From: the human T2T-CHM13v2.0 reference genome, Homo sapiens
Assembly (NCBI RefSeq): GCF_009914755.1
Contig: NC_060939.1
DNA length: 64,000 bases
Direction: 5' to 3' (one strand)
Position numbers and translations under genes: made by a program. Shown here piece after piece: positions 43,221 to 59,300 of this stretch. Positions within the stretch are counted from its first letter, which is position 1. Every line of letters begins with the position of its first letter. The notes under the pieces were generated by a model. That model was not told where the DNA came from. It saw nothing but the letters and a program-made list of their open reading frames with translations, and searched no databases.

Positions 43221-45689
43221 GTGTCCATTCCACTCCAGTCCATTCCATTTGTGTCCACTGCATTCCATTCCACTCCATTCCATATTATTCCATTACACTC
43301 CATTCCATTCTATTACTTTCATTTCCATTCAATTCCATTCCATTTGATTCCATTCCACTCGGTTTCATTCCATTTGAGTCCACTCCATTCCATTCCATTC
43401 CATTCCATTCAGTTCCATTCCATTCCGTTCCATTGCATTCCATTCCATTCGGTACCATTCCATATTGTTCCATTCGATTCCATTCGAATCCATTCCATTC
43501 CAGTCCATTCCATTCGATTCCATTCCATTCCTTTCAATTCCATTCCATTCCATTCCATTCCACTTGATTCCACTCCATTCCCTTCCACTGCATTCCATTC
43601 GATTCCTTTCCATTGCATTGCATTCCATTCCGTTGGACTGCATTCCATTCGATTCGATTCCATTCGAATCAATTACATAGCAATCCATTACATTCGAGTC
43701 TATTCTATTCCGTTCCATTCGATTTCGTTCCAATCCATTCGATTCCATTCCATTCGATTCCATTCCATACTATTGCATTCCATTCTATTACATTATATTC
43801 GAATAATTTCCATTCAAGACCATTTCTTTTGAGTCCATTCTATTTGAGTCCATTCCCTTTGATTCCATAACATTTGAGTCCATTCAATTCCATTCCTTTC
43901 GTTTGCATTCCATTTGATGCCATTCCATTCAATTCTGTTCTACTCGACTCCAATACATTCAATTCCATTCCATCCGATTCCATTACATTCTTTTCATTTC
44001 TTATCCATTTCAAGCCATTCCACTCCATTCCATTCCACTCGTTTCCTTTCCTTTCGAGTCCATTCCTCTCCAGTCCATTCCGTTCAATCCATTCCATTCC
44101 AGTCCATTCCATTCGAGTCCGTTCCATTCCAGTCCATTCCATTCGAGTCAATTCCATTCCATTCGATGTCTTTCCATAACGATCCATTCCATTCTATTCC
44201 TTTCGATTCCATTCCATTCTATTTCATTCCATTCGATTCCCTTCCATTGGACTCCTTTCCATTCGAGTGCATTCCATTCCGTTCCATTTCTTTCCGTTCT
44301 GTACGATTCCTACCGTTCGATTTCATTTTGTTCCAGTCCATTCCTTTCGCGTCCATTCCATTCCATTTCACTCCATTCGATTCCATTCCACTCGATTCCA
44401 CTTCGTTCCATTTCATTGCATTCCATTCCATTCAACTCTATTGCCTTCCATTCCATTCCATTCGATTACATTCCATGCGATTCCATTCGAAATCGAATCA
44501 ATTACATTGCAATCCATTACTATTGAGTCCGTTTTATTCCAGTCCACTGCATTCTGGTCCATTCCATTTGATTCCATTCCATTCTATTCCATTCCATACA
44601 GTTGCATTCCATTGGATTCCATGCTATATCTATAAATTCAATTCGAGACCATTGCCTTTGAGTCCATTCTATATGATTCCATTCCATTCAAGTCCATTAC
44701 ATTTGGTTCAATTCCATTCCATTCCATTCCCTTCCATTCCATTCCAGTTGATATCAATCCATTCGATTCCATTCCATTCGAGCACATTCCATTTGAGTCC
44801 ATTCCATTCGATGCCATTCCATTTGATTCTATTCCATTAGTCTCCATTCAATTCCATTAATCTCCATTCCATTCCATTCTACTCCAACTGATTCCATTCC
44901 ATTCTATTCCGTTCCATTCCATTTCATTCCATTCCATTCCATTTCATTCCATTCCATTCCATTCGCTTCCATTCCATTCGTGTCCATTCCACTCCAGTCC
45001 ATTCCATTCGTGTCCATTCCATTCCAGTCCATTCCATTTGTGTCCACTGCATTCCATTCCACTCCATTCCATATTATTCCATTACACTCCATTCCATTCT
45101 ATTACTTTCATTTCCATTCAATTCCATTCCATTTGATTCCATTCCACTCGGTTTCATTCCATTTGAGTCCACTCCATTCCATTCCATTCCATTCAGTTCC
45201 ATTCCATTCTGTTCCATTCCATTCCGTTCCATTGCATTCCATTCCATTCGGTACCATTCCATATTTTTCCATTCGATTCCATTCGAATCCATTCCATTCC
45301 AGTCCATTCCATTCGATTCCATTCCATTCATTTCAATTCCATTCCATTCCATTCCATTCCATTCCATTACATTCCACTTGATTCCTCTCCATTCCCTTCC
45401 ACTGCATTCCGTTCGATTCCATTCCATTGCATTGCATTCCATTCCATTGGATTGCATTCCATTCGATTCCATTCCATTCGAATCAATTACATAGCAATCC
45501 ATTGCATTCGAGTCTATTCTATTCCGTTCCATTCGATTTCGTTCCAATCCATTCGATTCCATTCCATTCGATTCCATTCCATACTATTGCATTCCATTCG
45601 ATTACATTATATTCGAATAAGTTCCATTCAAGACCATTTCTTTTGAGTCCATTCTATTTGAGTCCATTCCCTTTGATTCCATAACATTT

Positions 45690-48600
45690 GAGTCCATTCA
45701 ATTCCATTCCTTTCGTTTCCATTCCATTTGATGCCATTCCATTCAATTCTGTTCTACTCGACTCCAATACATTCAATTCCATTCCATCCGATTCCATTAC
45801 ATTCTTTTCATTTCTTATCCATTTCAAGCCATTCCACTCCATTCCATTCCACTCGTTTCCTTTCCATTCGAGTCCATTCCTCTCCAGTCCATTCCGTTCA
45901 ATCCATTCCATTCCAGTCCATTCCATTCGAGTCCGTTCCATTCCAGTCCAATCCATTCGAGTCAATTCCATCCCATTCGATGTCTTTCCATAACGATCCA
46001 TTCCATTCTATTCCTTTCGATTCCATTCCATTCTATTTCATTCCATTCGATTCCCTTCCATTGGACTCCTTTCCATTCGAGTGCATTCCATTCCGTTCCA
46101 TTTCTTTCCGTTCTGTACGATTCCTACCGTTCGATTTCATTTTGTTCCAGTCCATTCCTTTCGCGTCCATTCCATTCCATTTCACTCCATTCGATTCCAT
46201 TCCACTCGATTCCACTTCGTTCCATTTCATTGCATTCCATTCTATTCAACTCTATTGCCTTCCATTCCATTCCATTCGATTACATTCCATGCGATTCCAT
46301 TCGAAATCGAATCAATTACATTGCAATCCATTACTATTGAGTCCATTTTATTCCAGTCCACTGCATTCTGGTCCATTCCATATGATTCCATTCCATTCTA
46401 TTCCATTCCATACAGTTGCGTTCCATTGGATTCCATTCTATATCTATAAATTCAATTGGAGACCATTGCTTTTGAGTCCATTCTATATGATTCCATTCCA
46501 TTCAAGTCCATTACATTTGGTTCAATTCCATTCCATTCCATTCCCTTCCATTCCATTCCAGTTGATATCAATCCATTCGATTCCATTCCATTCGAGCACA
46601 TTCCATTCGAGTCCATTCCATTCGATGCCATTCCATTTGATTCTATTCCATTAGTCTCCATTCAATTCCATTGATCTCCATTCCATTCCATTCTACTCCA
46701 ACTGATTCCATTCCATTCTATTCCTTTCCATTCCATTTCATTCCATTCCATTCCATTTCATTTCATTCCATTCCATTCGCTTCCATTCCATTCGTGTCCA
46801 TTCCACTCCAGTCCATTCCATTTGTGTCCACTGCATTCCATTCCACTCCATTCCATATTATTCCATTACACTCCATTCCATTCTATTACTTTCATTTCCA
46901 TTCAATTCCATTCCATTTGATTCCATTCCACTCGGTTTCATTCCATTTGAGTCCACTCCATTCCATTCCATTCCATTCCATTCAGTTCCATTCCATTCCG
47001 TTCCATTGCATTCCATTCCATTCGGTACCATTCCATATTGTTCCATTCGATTCCATTCGAATCCATTCCATTCCAGTCCATTCCATTCGATTCCATTCCA
47101 TTCCTTTCAATTCCATTCCATTCAATTCCATTCCACTTGATTCCACTCCATTCCCTTCCACTGCATTCCATTCGATTCCATTCCATTGCATTGCATTCCA
47201 TTCCATTGGACTGCATTCCATTCGATTCGATTACATTCGAATCAATTACATAGCAATCCATTACATTCGAGTCTATTCTATTCCGTTCCATTCGATTTCG
47301 TTCCAATCCATTCGATTCCATTCCATTCGATTCCATTCCATACTATTGCATTCCATTCTATTACATTATATTCGAATAATTTCCATTCAAGACCATTTCT
47401 TTTGAGTCCATTCTATTTGAGTCCATTCCCTTTGATTCCATAACATTTGAGTCCATTCAATTCCATTCCTTTCGTTTGCATTCCATTTGATGCCATTCCA
47501 TTCAATTCTGTTCTACTCGACTCCAATACATTCAATTCCATTCCATCCGATTCCATTACATTCTTTTCATTTCTTATCCATTTCAAGCCATTCCACTCCA
47601 TTCCATTCCACTCGTTTCCTTTCCTTTCGAGTCCATTCCTCTCCAGTCCATTCCGTTCAATCCATTCCATTCCAGTCCATTCCATTCGAGTCCGTTCCAT
47701 TCCAGTCCATTCCATTCGAGTCAATTCCATTCCATTCGATGTCTTTCCATAACGATCCATTCCATTCTATTCCTTTCGATTCCATTCCATTCTATTTCAT
47801 TCCATTCGATTCCCTTCCATTGGACTCCTTTCCATTCGAGTGCATTCCATTCCGTTCCATTTCTTTCCGTTCTGTACGATTCCTACCGTTCGATTTCATT
47901 TTGTTCCAGTCCATTCCTTTCGCGTCCATTCCATTCCATTTCACTCCATTCGATTCCATTCCACTCGATTCCACTTCGTTCCATTTCATTGCATTCCATT
48001 CTATTCAACTCTATTGCCTTCCATTCCATTCCATTCGATTACATTCCATGCGATTCCATTCGAAATCGAATCAATTACATTGCAATCCATTACTATTGAG
48101 TCCGTTTTATTCCAGTCCACTGCATTCTGGTCCATTCCATTTGATTCCATTCCATTTTATTCCATTCCATACAGTTGCATTCCATTGGATTCCATGCTGT
48201 ATCTATAAATTCAATTCGAGACCATTGCTTTTGAGTCCATTCTATATGTTTCCATTCCATTCAAGTCCATTACATTTGTTTCAATTCCATTCCATTCCAT
48301 TCCCTTCCATTCCATTCCAGTTGATATCAATCCATTCGATTCCATTCCATTCGAGCACATTCCATTCGAGTCCATTCCATTCGATGCCATTCCATTTGAT
48401 TCTATTCCATTAGTCTCCATTCAATTCCATTAATCTCCATTCCATTCCATTCTACTCCAACTGATTCCATTCCATTCTATTCCTTTCCATTCCATTTCAT
48501 TCCATTCCATTCCATTTCATTCCATTCCATTCCATTCGCTTCCATTCCATTCGTGTCCATTCCACTCCAGTCCATTCCATTTGTGTCCACTGCATTCCAT

Positions 48601-51480
48601 TCCACTCCATTCCATATTATTCCATTACACTCCATTCCATTCTATTACTTTCATTTCCATTCAATTCCATTCCATTTGATTCCATTCCACTCGGTTTCAT
48701 TCCATTTGAGTCCACTCCATTCCATTCCATTCCATTCCATTCACTTCCATTCTATTCTGTTCCATTCCATTCCGTTCCATTGCATTCCATTCCATTCGGT
48801 ACCATTCCATATTGTTCCATTCGATTCCATTCGAATCCATTCCATTCCACTCCATTCCATTCGATTCCATTCCATTCCTTTCCATTCCATTCCATTCCAT
48901 TCCATTCCATTCCACTTGATTCCACTCCATTCCCTTCCACTGCATTCCATTCGATTCCATTCCATTGCATTGCATTCCATTCCATTGGACTGCATTCCAT
49001 TCGATTCCATTCCATTCGAATCAATTACATAGCAATCCATTACATTCGAGTCTATTCTATTCCGTTCCATTCGATTTCATTCCAATCCATTCGATTCCAT
49101 TCCATTCGATTCCATTCCATACTATTGCATTCCATTCGATTACATTATATTCGAATAAGTTCCATTCAAGACCATTTCTTTTGAGTCCATTCTATTTGAG
49201 TCCATTCCCTTTGATTCCATAACATTTGAGTCCATTCAATTCCATTCCTTTCGTTTCCATTCCATTTGATGCCATTCCATTCAATTCTGTTCTACTCGAC
49301 TCCAATACATTCAATTCCATTCCATCCAATTCCATTACATTCTTTTCATTTCTTATCCATTTCAAGCCATTCCACTCCATTCCATTCCACTCGTTTCCTT
49401 TCCATTCGAGTCCATTCCTCTCCAGTCCATTCCGTTCAATCCATTCCATTCCAGTCCATTCCATTCGAGTCCGTTCCATTCCAGTCCATTCCATTCGAGT
49501 CAATTCCATCCCATTCGATGTCTTTCCATAACGATCCATTCCATTCTATTCCTTTCGATTCCATTCCATTCTATTTCATTCCATTCGATTCCCTTCCATT
49601 GGACTCCTTTCCATTCGAGTGCATTCCATTCCTTTCCATTTCTTTCCGTTCTGTACGATTCCTACCGTTCGATTTCATTTTGTTCCAGTCCATTCCTTTC
49701 GCGTCCATTCCATTCCATTTCACACCATTCGATTCCATTCCACTCGATTCCACTTCGTTCCATTTCATTGCATTCCATTCTATTCAACTCTATTGCCTTC
49801 CATTCCATTCCATTCGATTACATTCCATGCGATTCCATTCGAAATCGAATCAATTACATTGCAATCCATTACTATTGAGTCCATTTTATTCCAGTCCACT
49901 GCATTCTGGTCCATTCCATTTGATTCCATTCCATTCTATTCCATTCCATACAGTTGCATTCCATTGGATTCCATTCTACATCTATAAATTCAATTCGAGA
50001 CCATTGCTTTTGAGTCCATTCTATATGATTCCATTCCATTCAAGTCCATTACATTTGGTTCAATTCCATTCCATTCCATTCCCTTCCATTCCATTCCAGT
50101 TGATATCAATCCATTCGATTCCATTCCATTCGAGCACATTCCATTCGAGTCCATTCCATTCGATGCCATTCCATTTGATTCTATTCCACTAGTCTCCATT
50201 TAATTCCATTAATCTCCATTCCATTCCATTCTACTCCAACTGATTCCATTCCATTCTATTCCTTTCCATTCCATTTCATTCCATTCCATTCCATTTCATT
50301 CCATTCCATTCCATTCGCTTCCATTCCATTCGTGTCCATTCCACTCCAGTCCATTCCATTCGTGTCCATTCCATTCCAGTCCATTCCATTTCTGTCCACT
50401 GCATTCCATTCCACTCCATTCCATATTATTCCATTACACTCCATTCCATTCTATTACTTTCATTTCCATTCAATTCCATTCCATTTGATTCCATTCCACT
50501 CGGTTTCATTCCATTTGAGTCCACTCCATTCCATTCCATTCCATTCCATTCAGTTCCATTCCATTCTGTTCCATTCCATTCCGTTCCATTGCATTCCATT
50601 CCATTCGGTACCATTCCATATTGTTCCATTCGATTCCATTCGAATCCATTCCATTCCAGTCCATTCCATTCGATTCCATTCCATTCCTTTCAATTCCATT
50701 CCATTCCATTCCATTCCACTTGATTCCACTCCATTCCCTTCCACTGCATTCCATTCGATTCCATTCCATTGCATTGCATTCCATTCCATTGGACTGCATT
50801 CCATTCGATTCCATTCCATTCGAATCAATTACATAGCAATCCATTACATTCAAGTCTATTCTATTCCGTTCCATTCGATTTCGTTCCAATCCATTCGATT
50901 CCATTCCATTCGATTCCATTCCATACTATTGCATTCCATTCGATTACATTATATTCGAATAAGTTCCATTCAAGACCATTTCTTTTGAGTCCATTCTATT
51001 TGAGTCCATTCCCTTTGATTCCTTATCATTTGAGTCCATTCAATTCCATTCCTTTCGTTTGCATTCCATTTGATGCCATTCCATTCAATTCTGTTCTACT
51101 CGACTCCAATACATTCAATTCCATTCCATCCGATTCCATTACATTCTTTTCATTTCTTATCCATTTCAAGCCATTCCACTCCATTCCATTCCACTCGTTT
51201 CCTTTCCTTTCGAGTCCATTCCTCTCCAGTCCATTCCGTTCAATCCATTCCATTCCAGTCCATTCCATTCGAGTCCGTTCCATTCCAGTCCATTCCATTC
51301 GAGTCAATTCCATTCCATTCGATGTCTTTCCATAATGATCCATTCCATTCTATTCCTTTCGATTCCATTCCATTCTATTTCATTCCATTCGATTCCCTTC
51401 CATTGGACTCCTTTCCATTCGAGTGCATTCCTTTCCGTTCCATTTCTTTCCGTTCTGTACGATTCCTACCGTTCGATTTC
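45690..51480 (+). repeat. More diverged copy of ~11990-17840 (offsets 33,697 then 33,642)
   Basis: Landmark pairs are 12031/45728, 13845/47487, 15624/49266 and 17428/51070. Shared variants are CATGCTGTAT, CATTTGTTTC, TTCCACTAGT, TATCATTTG and CATAATGATC. This copy lacks the 55-bp duplication. Confidence 0.8.
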
Positions 51481-54400
51481 ATTTTGTTCCAGTCCATTCT
51501 TTCGCGTCCATTCCATTCCATTTCACTCCATTCGATTCCATTCCACTCGATTCCACTTCGTTCCATTTCATTGCATTCCATTCTATTCAACTCTATTGCC
51601 TTCCATTCCATTCCATTCGATTACATTCCATGCGATTCCATTCGAAATCGAATCAATTACATTGCAATCCATTACTATTGAGTCCGTTTTATTCCAGTCC
51701 ACTGCATTCTGGTCCATTCCATTTGATTCCATTCCATTCTATTCCATTCCATACAGTTGCATTCCATTGGATTCCATGCTATATCTATAAATTCAATTCG
51801 AGACCATTGCTTTTGAGTCCATTCTATATGATTCCATTCCATTCAAGTCCATTACATTTGGTTCAATTCCATTCCATTCCATTCCCTTCCATTCCATTCC
51901 AGTTGATATCAATCCATTCGATTCCATTCCATTCGAGCACATTCCATTCGAGTCCATTCCATTCGATGCCATTCCATTTGATTCTATTCCATTAGTCTCC
52001 ATTCAATTCCATTAATCTCCATTCCATTCCATTCTACTCCAACTGATTCCATTCCATTCTATTCCTTTCCATTCCATTTCATTCCATTCCATTCCATTTC
52101 ATTCCATTCCATTCCATTCGTGTCCATTCCACTCCAGTCCATTCCATTCGTGTCCATTCCATTCCAGTCCATTCCATTTGTGTCCACTGCATTCCATTCC
52201 ACTCCATTCCATATTATTCCATTATACTCCATTCCATTCTATTACTTTCATTTCCATTCAATTCCATTCCATTTGATTCCATTCCACTCGGTTTCATTCC
52301 ATTTGAGTCCACTCCATTCCATTCCATTCCATTCCATTCCATTCAGTTCCATTCCATTCTGTTCCATTCCATTCCGTTCCATTACATTCCATTCCATTCG
52401 GTACCATTCCATATTGTTCCATTCGATTCCATTCGAATCCATTCCATTCCAGTCCATTCCATTCGATTCCATTCCATTCATTTCAATTCCATTCCATTCC
52501 ATTCCATTACATTCCACTTGATTCCTCTCCATTCCCTTCCACTGCATTCCGTTCGATTCCATTCCATTGCATTGCATTCCATTCCATTGGATTGCATTCC
52601 ATTCGATTCCATTCCATTCGAATCAATTACATAGCAATCCATTACATTCGAGTCTATTCTATTCCGTTCCATTCGATTTCGTTCCAATCCATTCGATTCC
52701 ATTCCATTCGATTCCATTCCATACTATTGCATTCCATTCTATTACATTATATTCGAATAAGTTCCATTCAAGACCATTTCTTTTGAGTCCATTCTATTTG
52801 AGTCAATTCCCTTTGATTCCATAACATTTGAGTCCATTCAATTCCATTCCTTTCGTTCCCATTCCATTTGATGCCATTCCATTCAATTCTGTTCTACTCG
52901 ACTCCAATACATTCAATTCCATTCCATCCGATTCCATTACATTCTTTTCATTTCTTATCCATTTCAAGCCATTCCACTCCATTCCATTCCACTCGTTTCC
53001 TTTCCATTCGAGTCCATTCCTCTCCAGTCCATTCCGTTCAATCCATTCCATTCCAGTCCATTCCATTCGAGTCCGTTCCATTCCAGTCCACTCCATTCGA
53101 GTCAATTCCATCCCATTCGATGTCTTTCCATAACGATCCATTCCATTCTATTCCTTTCGATTCCATTCCATTCTATTTCATTCCATTCGATTCCCTTCCA
53201 TTGGACTCCTTTCCATTCGAGTGCATTCCATTCCGTTCCATTTCTTACCGTTCTGTACGATTCCTACCGTTCGATTTCATTTTGTTCCAGTCCATTCCTT
53301 TCGCGTCCATTCCATTCCATTTCACTCCATTCGATTCCATTCCACTCGATTCCACTTCGTTCCATTTCATTGCATTCCATTCTATTCAACTCTATTGCCT
53401 TCCATTCCATTCCATTCGATTACATTCCATGCGATTCCATTCGAAATCGAATCAATTACATTGCAATCCATTACTATTGAGTCCATTTTATTCCAGTCCA
53501 CTGCATTCTGGTCCATTCCATTTGATTCCATTCCATTCTATTCCATTCCATACAGTTGCATTCCATTGGATTCCATTCTATATCTATAAATTCAATTCGA
53601 GACCATTGCTTTTGAATCCATTCTATATGATTCCATTCCATTCAAGTCCATTACATTTGGTTCAATTCCATTCCATTCCATTCCCTTCCATTCCATTCCA
53701 GTTGATATCAATCCATTCGATTCCATTCCATTCGAGCACATTCCATTTGAGTCCATTCCATTCGATGCCATTCCATTTGATTCTATTCCATTAGTCTCCA
53801 TTCAATTCCATTAATCTCCATTCCATTCCATTCTACTCCAACTGATTCCATTCCATTCTATTCCTTTCCATTCCATTTCATTCCATTCCATTCCATTTCA
53901 TTCCATTCCATTCCATTCGCTTCCATTCCATTCGTGTGCATTCCACTCCAGTCCATTCCATTCGTGTCCATTCCATTCCAGTCCATTCCATTTGTGTCCA
54001 CTGCATTCCATTCCACTCCATTCCATATTATTCCATTACACTCCATTCCATTCTATTACTTTCATTTCCATTCAATTCCATTCCATTTGATTCCATTCCA
54101 CTCGGTTTCATTCCATTTGAGTCCACTCCATTCCATTCCATTCCATTCCATTCAGTTCCATTCCATTCCGTTCCATTCCATTCCGTTCCATTGCATTCCA
54201 TTCCATTCGGTACCATTCCATATTGTTCCATTCGATTCCATTCGAATCCATTCCATTCCAGTCCATTCCATTCGATTCCATTCCATTCCTTTCAATTCCA
54301 TTCCATTCCATTCCATTCCACTTGATTCCACTCCATTCCCTTCCACTGCATTCCATTCGATTCCATTCCATTGCATTGCATTCCATTCCATTGGACTGCA

Positions 54401-56367
54401 TTCCATTCGATTCCATTCCATTCGAATCAATTACATAGCAATCCATTACATTCGAGTCTATTCTATTCCGTTCCATTCGATTTCGTTCCAATCCATTCGA
54501 TTCCATTCCATTCGATTCCATTCCATACTATTGCATTCCATTCGATTACATTATATACGAATAAGTGCCATTCAAGACCATTTCTTTTGAGTCCATTCTA
54601 TTTGAGTCCATTCCCTTTGATTCCATAACATTTGAGTCCATTCAATTCCATTCCTTTCGTTTGCATTCCATTTGATGCCATTCCATTCAATTCTGTTCTA
54701 CTCGACTCCAATACATTCAATTCCATTCCATCCGATTCCATTACATTCTTTTCATTTCTTATCCATTTCAAGCCATTCCACTCCATTCCATTCCACTCGT
54801 TTAATTTCCATTCGAGTCCATTCCTCTCCAGTCCATTCCGTTCAATCCATTCCATTCCAGTCCATTCCATTCGAGTCCGTTCCATTCCAGTCCATTCCAT
54901 TCGAGTCAATTCCATTCCATTCGATGTCTTTCCATAACGATCCATTCCATTCTATTCCTTTCGATTCCATTCCATTCTATTTCATTCCATTCGATTCCCT
55001 TCCATTGGACTCCTTTCCATTCGAGTGCATTCCATTCCGTTCCATTTCTTTCTGTTCTGTACGATTCCTACCGTTCGATTTCGTTTTGTTCCAGTCCATT
55101 CCTTTTGCGTCCATTCCATTCCATTTCACTCCATTCGATTCCATTCTACTCGATTCCACTTCGTTCCATTTCATTGCATTCCATTCTATTCAACTCTATT
55201 GCCTTCCATTCCATTCCATTCGATTACATTCCATGCGATTGCGTTCGAAATCGAATCAATTACATTGCAATCCATTACTATTGAGTCCGTTTTATTCCAG
55301 TGCACTGCATTCTGGTCCATTCCATTTGATTCCATTCCATTCTATTCCATTCCATACAGTTGCATTCCATTGGATTCCATTCTATATCTATAAATTCAAA
55401 TCGAGAACATTGCTTTTGAATCCATTCTATATGATTCCATTCCATTCAAGTCCATTACATTTGGTTCAATTTCATTCCATTCCATTCCCTTCCATTCCAT
55501 TCCAGTTGATATCAATCCATTCGATTCCATTCCATTCGAGCACATTCCATTTGAGTCCATTCCATTCGATGCCATTCCATTTGATTCTATTCCATTAGTC
55601 TCCATTCAATTCCATTAATCTCCATTCCATTCCATTCTACTCCAACTGATTCCATTCCATTCTATTCCTTTCCATTCCATTTCATTCCATTCCATTCCAT
55701 TTCATTCCATTCCATTCCATTCGCTTCCATTCCATTCGTGTCCATTCCACTCCAGTCCATTCCATTCGTGTCCATTCCATTCCAGTCCATTCCATTTGTG
55801 TCCACTGCATTCCATTCCACTCCATTCCATATTATTCCATTACACTCCATTCCATTCTATTACTTTCATTTCCATTCAATTCCATTCCATTTGATTCCAT
55901 TCCACTCGGTTTCATTCCATTTGAGTCCACTCCATTCCATTCCATTCCATTCCATTCAGTTCCATTCCATTCTGTTCCATTCCATTCCGTTCCATTGCAT
56001 TCCATTCCATTCGGTACCATTCCATATTGTTCCATTCGATTCCATTCGAATCCATTCCATTCCAGTCCATTCCATTCGATTCCATTCCATTCCTTTCAAT
56101 TCCATTCCATTCCATTCCATTCCACTTGATTCCACTCCATTCCCTTCCACTGCATTCCATTCGATTCCATTCCATTGCATTGCATTCCATTCCATTGGAC
56201 TGCATTCCATTCGATTCCATTCCATTCGAATCAATTACATAGCAATCCATTACATTCGAGTCTATTCTATTCCGTTCCATTCGATTTCGTTCCAATCCAT
56301 TCGATTCCATTCCATTCGATTCCATTCCATACTATTGCATTCCATTCGATTACATTATATTCGAATA

Positions 56368-59300
56368 AGTGCCATTCAAGACCATTTCTTTTGAGTCCAT
56401 TCTATTTGAGTCCATTCCCTTTGATTCCATAACATTTGAGTCCATTCAATTCCATTCCTTTCGTTTCCATTCCATTTGATGCCATTCCATTCAATTCTGT
56501 TCTACTCGACTCCAATACATTCAATTCCATTCCATCCGATTCCATTACATTCTTTTCATTTCTTATCCATTTCAAGCCATTCCACTCCATTCCATTCCAC
56601 TCGTTTCCTTTCCATTCGAGTCCATTCCTCTCCAGTCCATTCCGTTCAATCCATTCCATTCCAGTCCATTCCATTCGAGTCCGTTCCATTCCAGTCCATT
56701 CCATTCGAGTCAATTCCATTCCATTCGATGTCTTTCCATAACGATCCATTCCATTCTATTCCTTTCGATTCCATTCCATTCTATTTCATTCCATTCGATT
56801 CCCTTCCATTGGACTCCTTTCCATTCGAGTGCATTCCATTCCGTTCCATTTCTTTCCGTTCTGTACGATTCCTACCGTTCGATTTCATTTTGTTCCAGTC
56901 CATTCCTTTCGCGTCCATTCCATTCCATTTCACTCCATTCGATTCCATTCCACTCGATTCCACTTCGTTCCATTTCATTGCATTCCATTCTATTCAACTC
57001 TATTGCCTTCCATTCCATTCCATTCGATTACATTCCATGCGATTCCATTCGAAATCGAATCAATTACATTGCAATCCATTACTATTGAGTCCGTTTTATT
57101 CCAGTCCACTGCATTCTGGTCCATTCCATTTGATTCCATTCCATTCTATTCCATTCCATACAGTTGCATTCCATTGGATTCCATGCTATATCTATAAATT
57201 CAATTCGAGACCATTGCTTTTGAGTCCATTCTATATGATTCCATTCCATTCAAGTCCATTACATTTGGTTCAATTCCATTCCATTCCATTCCCTTCCATT
57301 CCATTCCAGTTGATATCAATCCATTCGATTCCATTCCATTCGAGCACATTCCATTCGAGTCCATTCCATTCGATGCCATTCCATTTGATTCTATTCCATT
57401 AGTCTCCATTCAATTCCATTAATCTCCATTCCATTCCATTCTACTCCAACTGATTCCATTCCATTCTATTCCTTTCCATTCCATTTCATTCCATTCCATT
57501 CCATTTCATTCCATTCCATTCCATTCGTGTCCATTCCACTCCAGTCCATTCCATTCGTGTCCATTCCATTCCAGTCCATTCCATTTGTGTCCACTGCATT
57601 CCATTACACTCCATTCCATATTATTCCATTACACTCCATTCCATTCTATTATTTTCATTTCCATTCAATTCCATTCCATTTGATTCCATTCCACTCGGTT
57701 TCATTCCATTTGAGTCCACTCCATTCCATTCCATTCCATTCCATTCCAATCCATTCCATACAGTTCCATTCCATTCTGTTCCATTCCATTCTGTTCCATT
57801 GCATTCCATTCCATTCGGTACCATTCCATATTTTTCCATTCGATTCCATTCGAATCCATTCCATTCCAGTCCATTCCATTCGATTCCATTCCATTCCTTT
57901 CAATTCCATTCCATTCCATTCCATTCCACTTGATTCCACTCCATTCCCTTCCACTGCATTCCATTCGATTCCATTCCATTGCATTGCATTCCATTCCATT
58001 GGACTGCATTCCATTCGATTCCATTCCATTCGAATCAATTACATAGCAATCCATTACATTCGAGTCTATTCTATTCCGTTCCATTCGATTTCGTTCCAAT
58101 CCATTCGATTCCATTCCATTCGATTCCATTCCATACTATTGCATTCCATTCGATTACATTATATTCGAATAAGTTCCATTCAAGACCATTTCTTTTGAGT
58201 CCATTCTATTTGAGTCCATTCCCTTTGATTCCATAACATTTGAGTCCATTCAATTCCATTCCTTTCGTTTGCATTCCATTTGATGCCATTCCATTCAATT
58301 CTGTTCTACTCGACTCCAATACATTCAATTCCATTCCATCCGATTCCATTACATTCTTTTCATTTCTTATCCATTTCAAGCCATTCCACTCCATTCCATT
58401 CCACTCGTTTCCTTTCCATTCGAGTCCATTCCTCTCCAGTCCATTCCGTTCAATCCATTCCATTCCAGTCCATTCCATTCGAGTCCGTTCCATTCCAGTC
58501 CATTCCATTCGAGTCAATTCCATTCCATTCGATGTCTTTCCATAACGATCCATTCCATTCTATTCCTTTCGATTCCATTCCATTCGATTCCCTTCCATTG
58601 GACTCCTTTCCATTCGAGTGCATTCCATTCCGTTCCATTTCTTTCCGTTCTGTACGATTCCTACCGTTCGATTTCATTTTGTTCCAGTCCATTCCTTTCG
58701 CGTCCATTCCATTCCATTTCACTCCATTCGATTCCATTCCACTCGATTCCACTTCGTTCCATTTCATTGCATTCCATTCTATTCAACTCTATTGCCTTCC
58801 ATTCCATTCCATTCGATTACATTCCATGCGATTCCATTCGAAATCGAATCAATTTCATTGCAATCCATTACTATTGAGTACGTTTTATTCCAGTCCACAG
58901 CATTCTGGTCCATTCCATTTGATTCCATTCCATTTTATTCCATTCCATACAGTTGCATTCCATTGGATTCCATGCTATATCTATAAATTCAATTCGAGAC
59001 CATTGCCTTTGAGTCCATTCTATATGATTCCATTCCATTCAAGTCCATTACATTTGGTTCAATTCCATTCCATTCCATTCCCTTCCATTCCATTCCAGTT
59101 GATATCAATCCATTCGATTCCATTCCATTCGAGCACATTCCATTCGAGTCCATTCCATTCGATGCCATTCCATTTGATTCTATTCCATTAGTCTCCATTC
59201 AATTCCATTAATCTCCATTCCATTCCATTCTACTCCAACTGATTCCATTCCATTCTAATCCTTTCCATTCCATTTCATTCCATTCCATTCCATTTCATTC

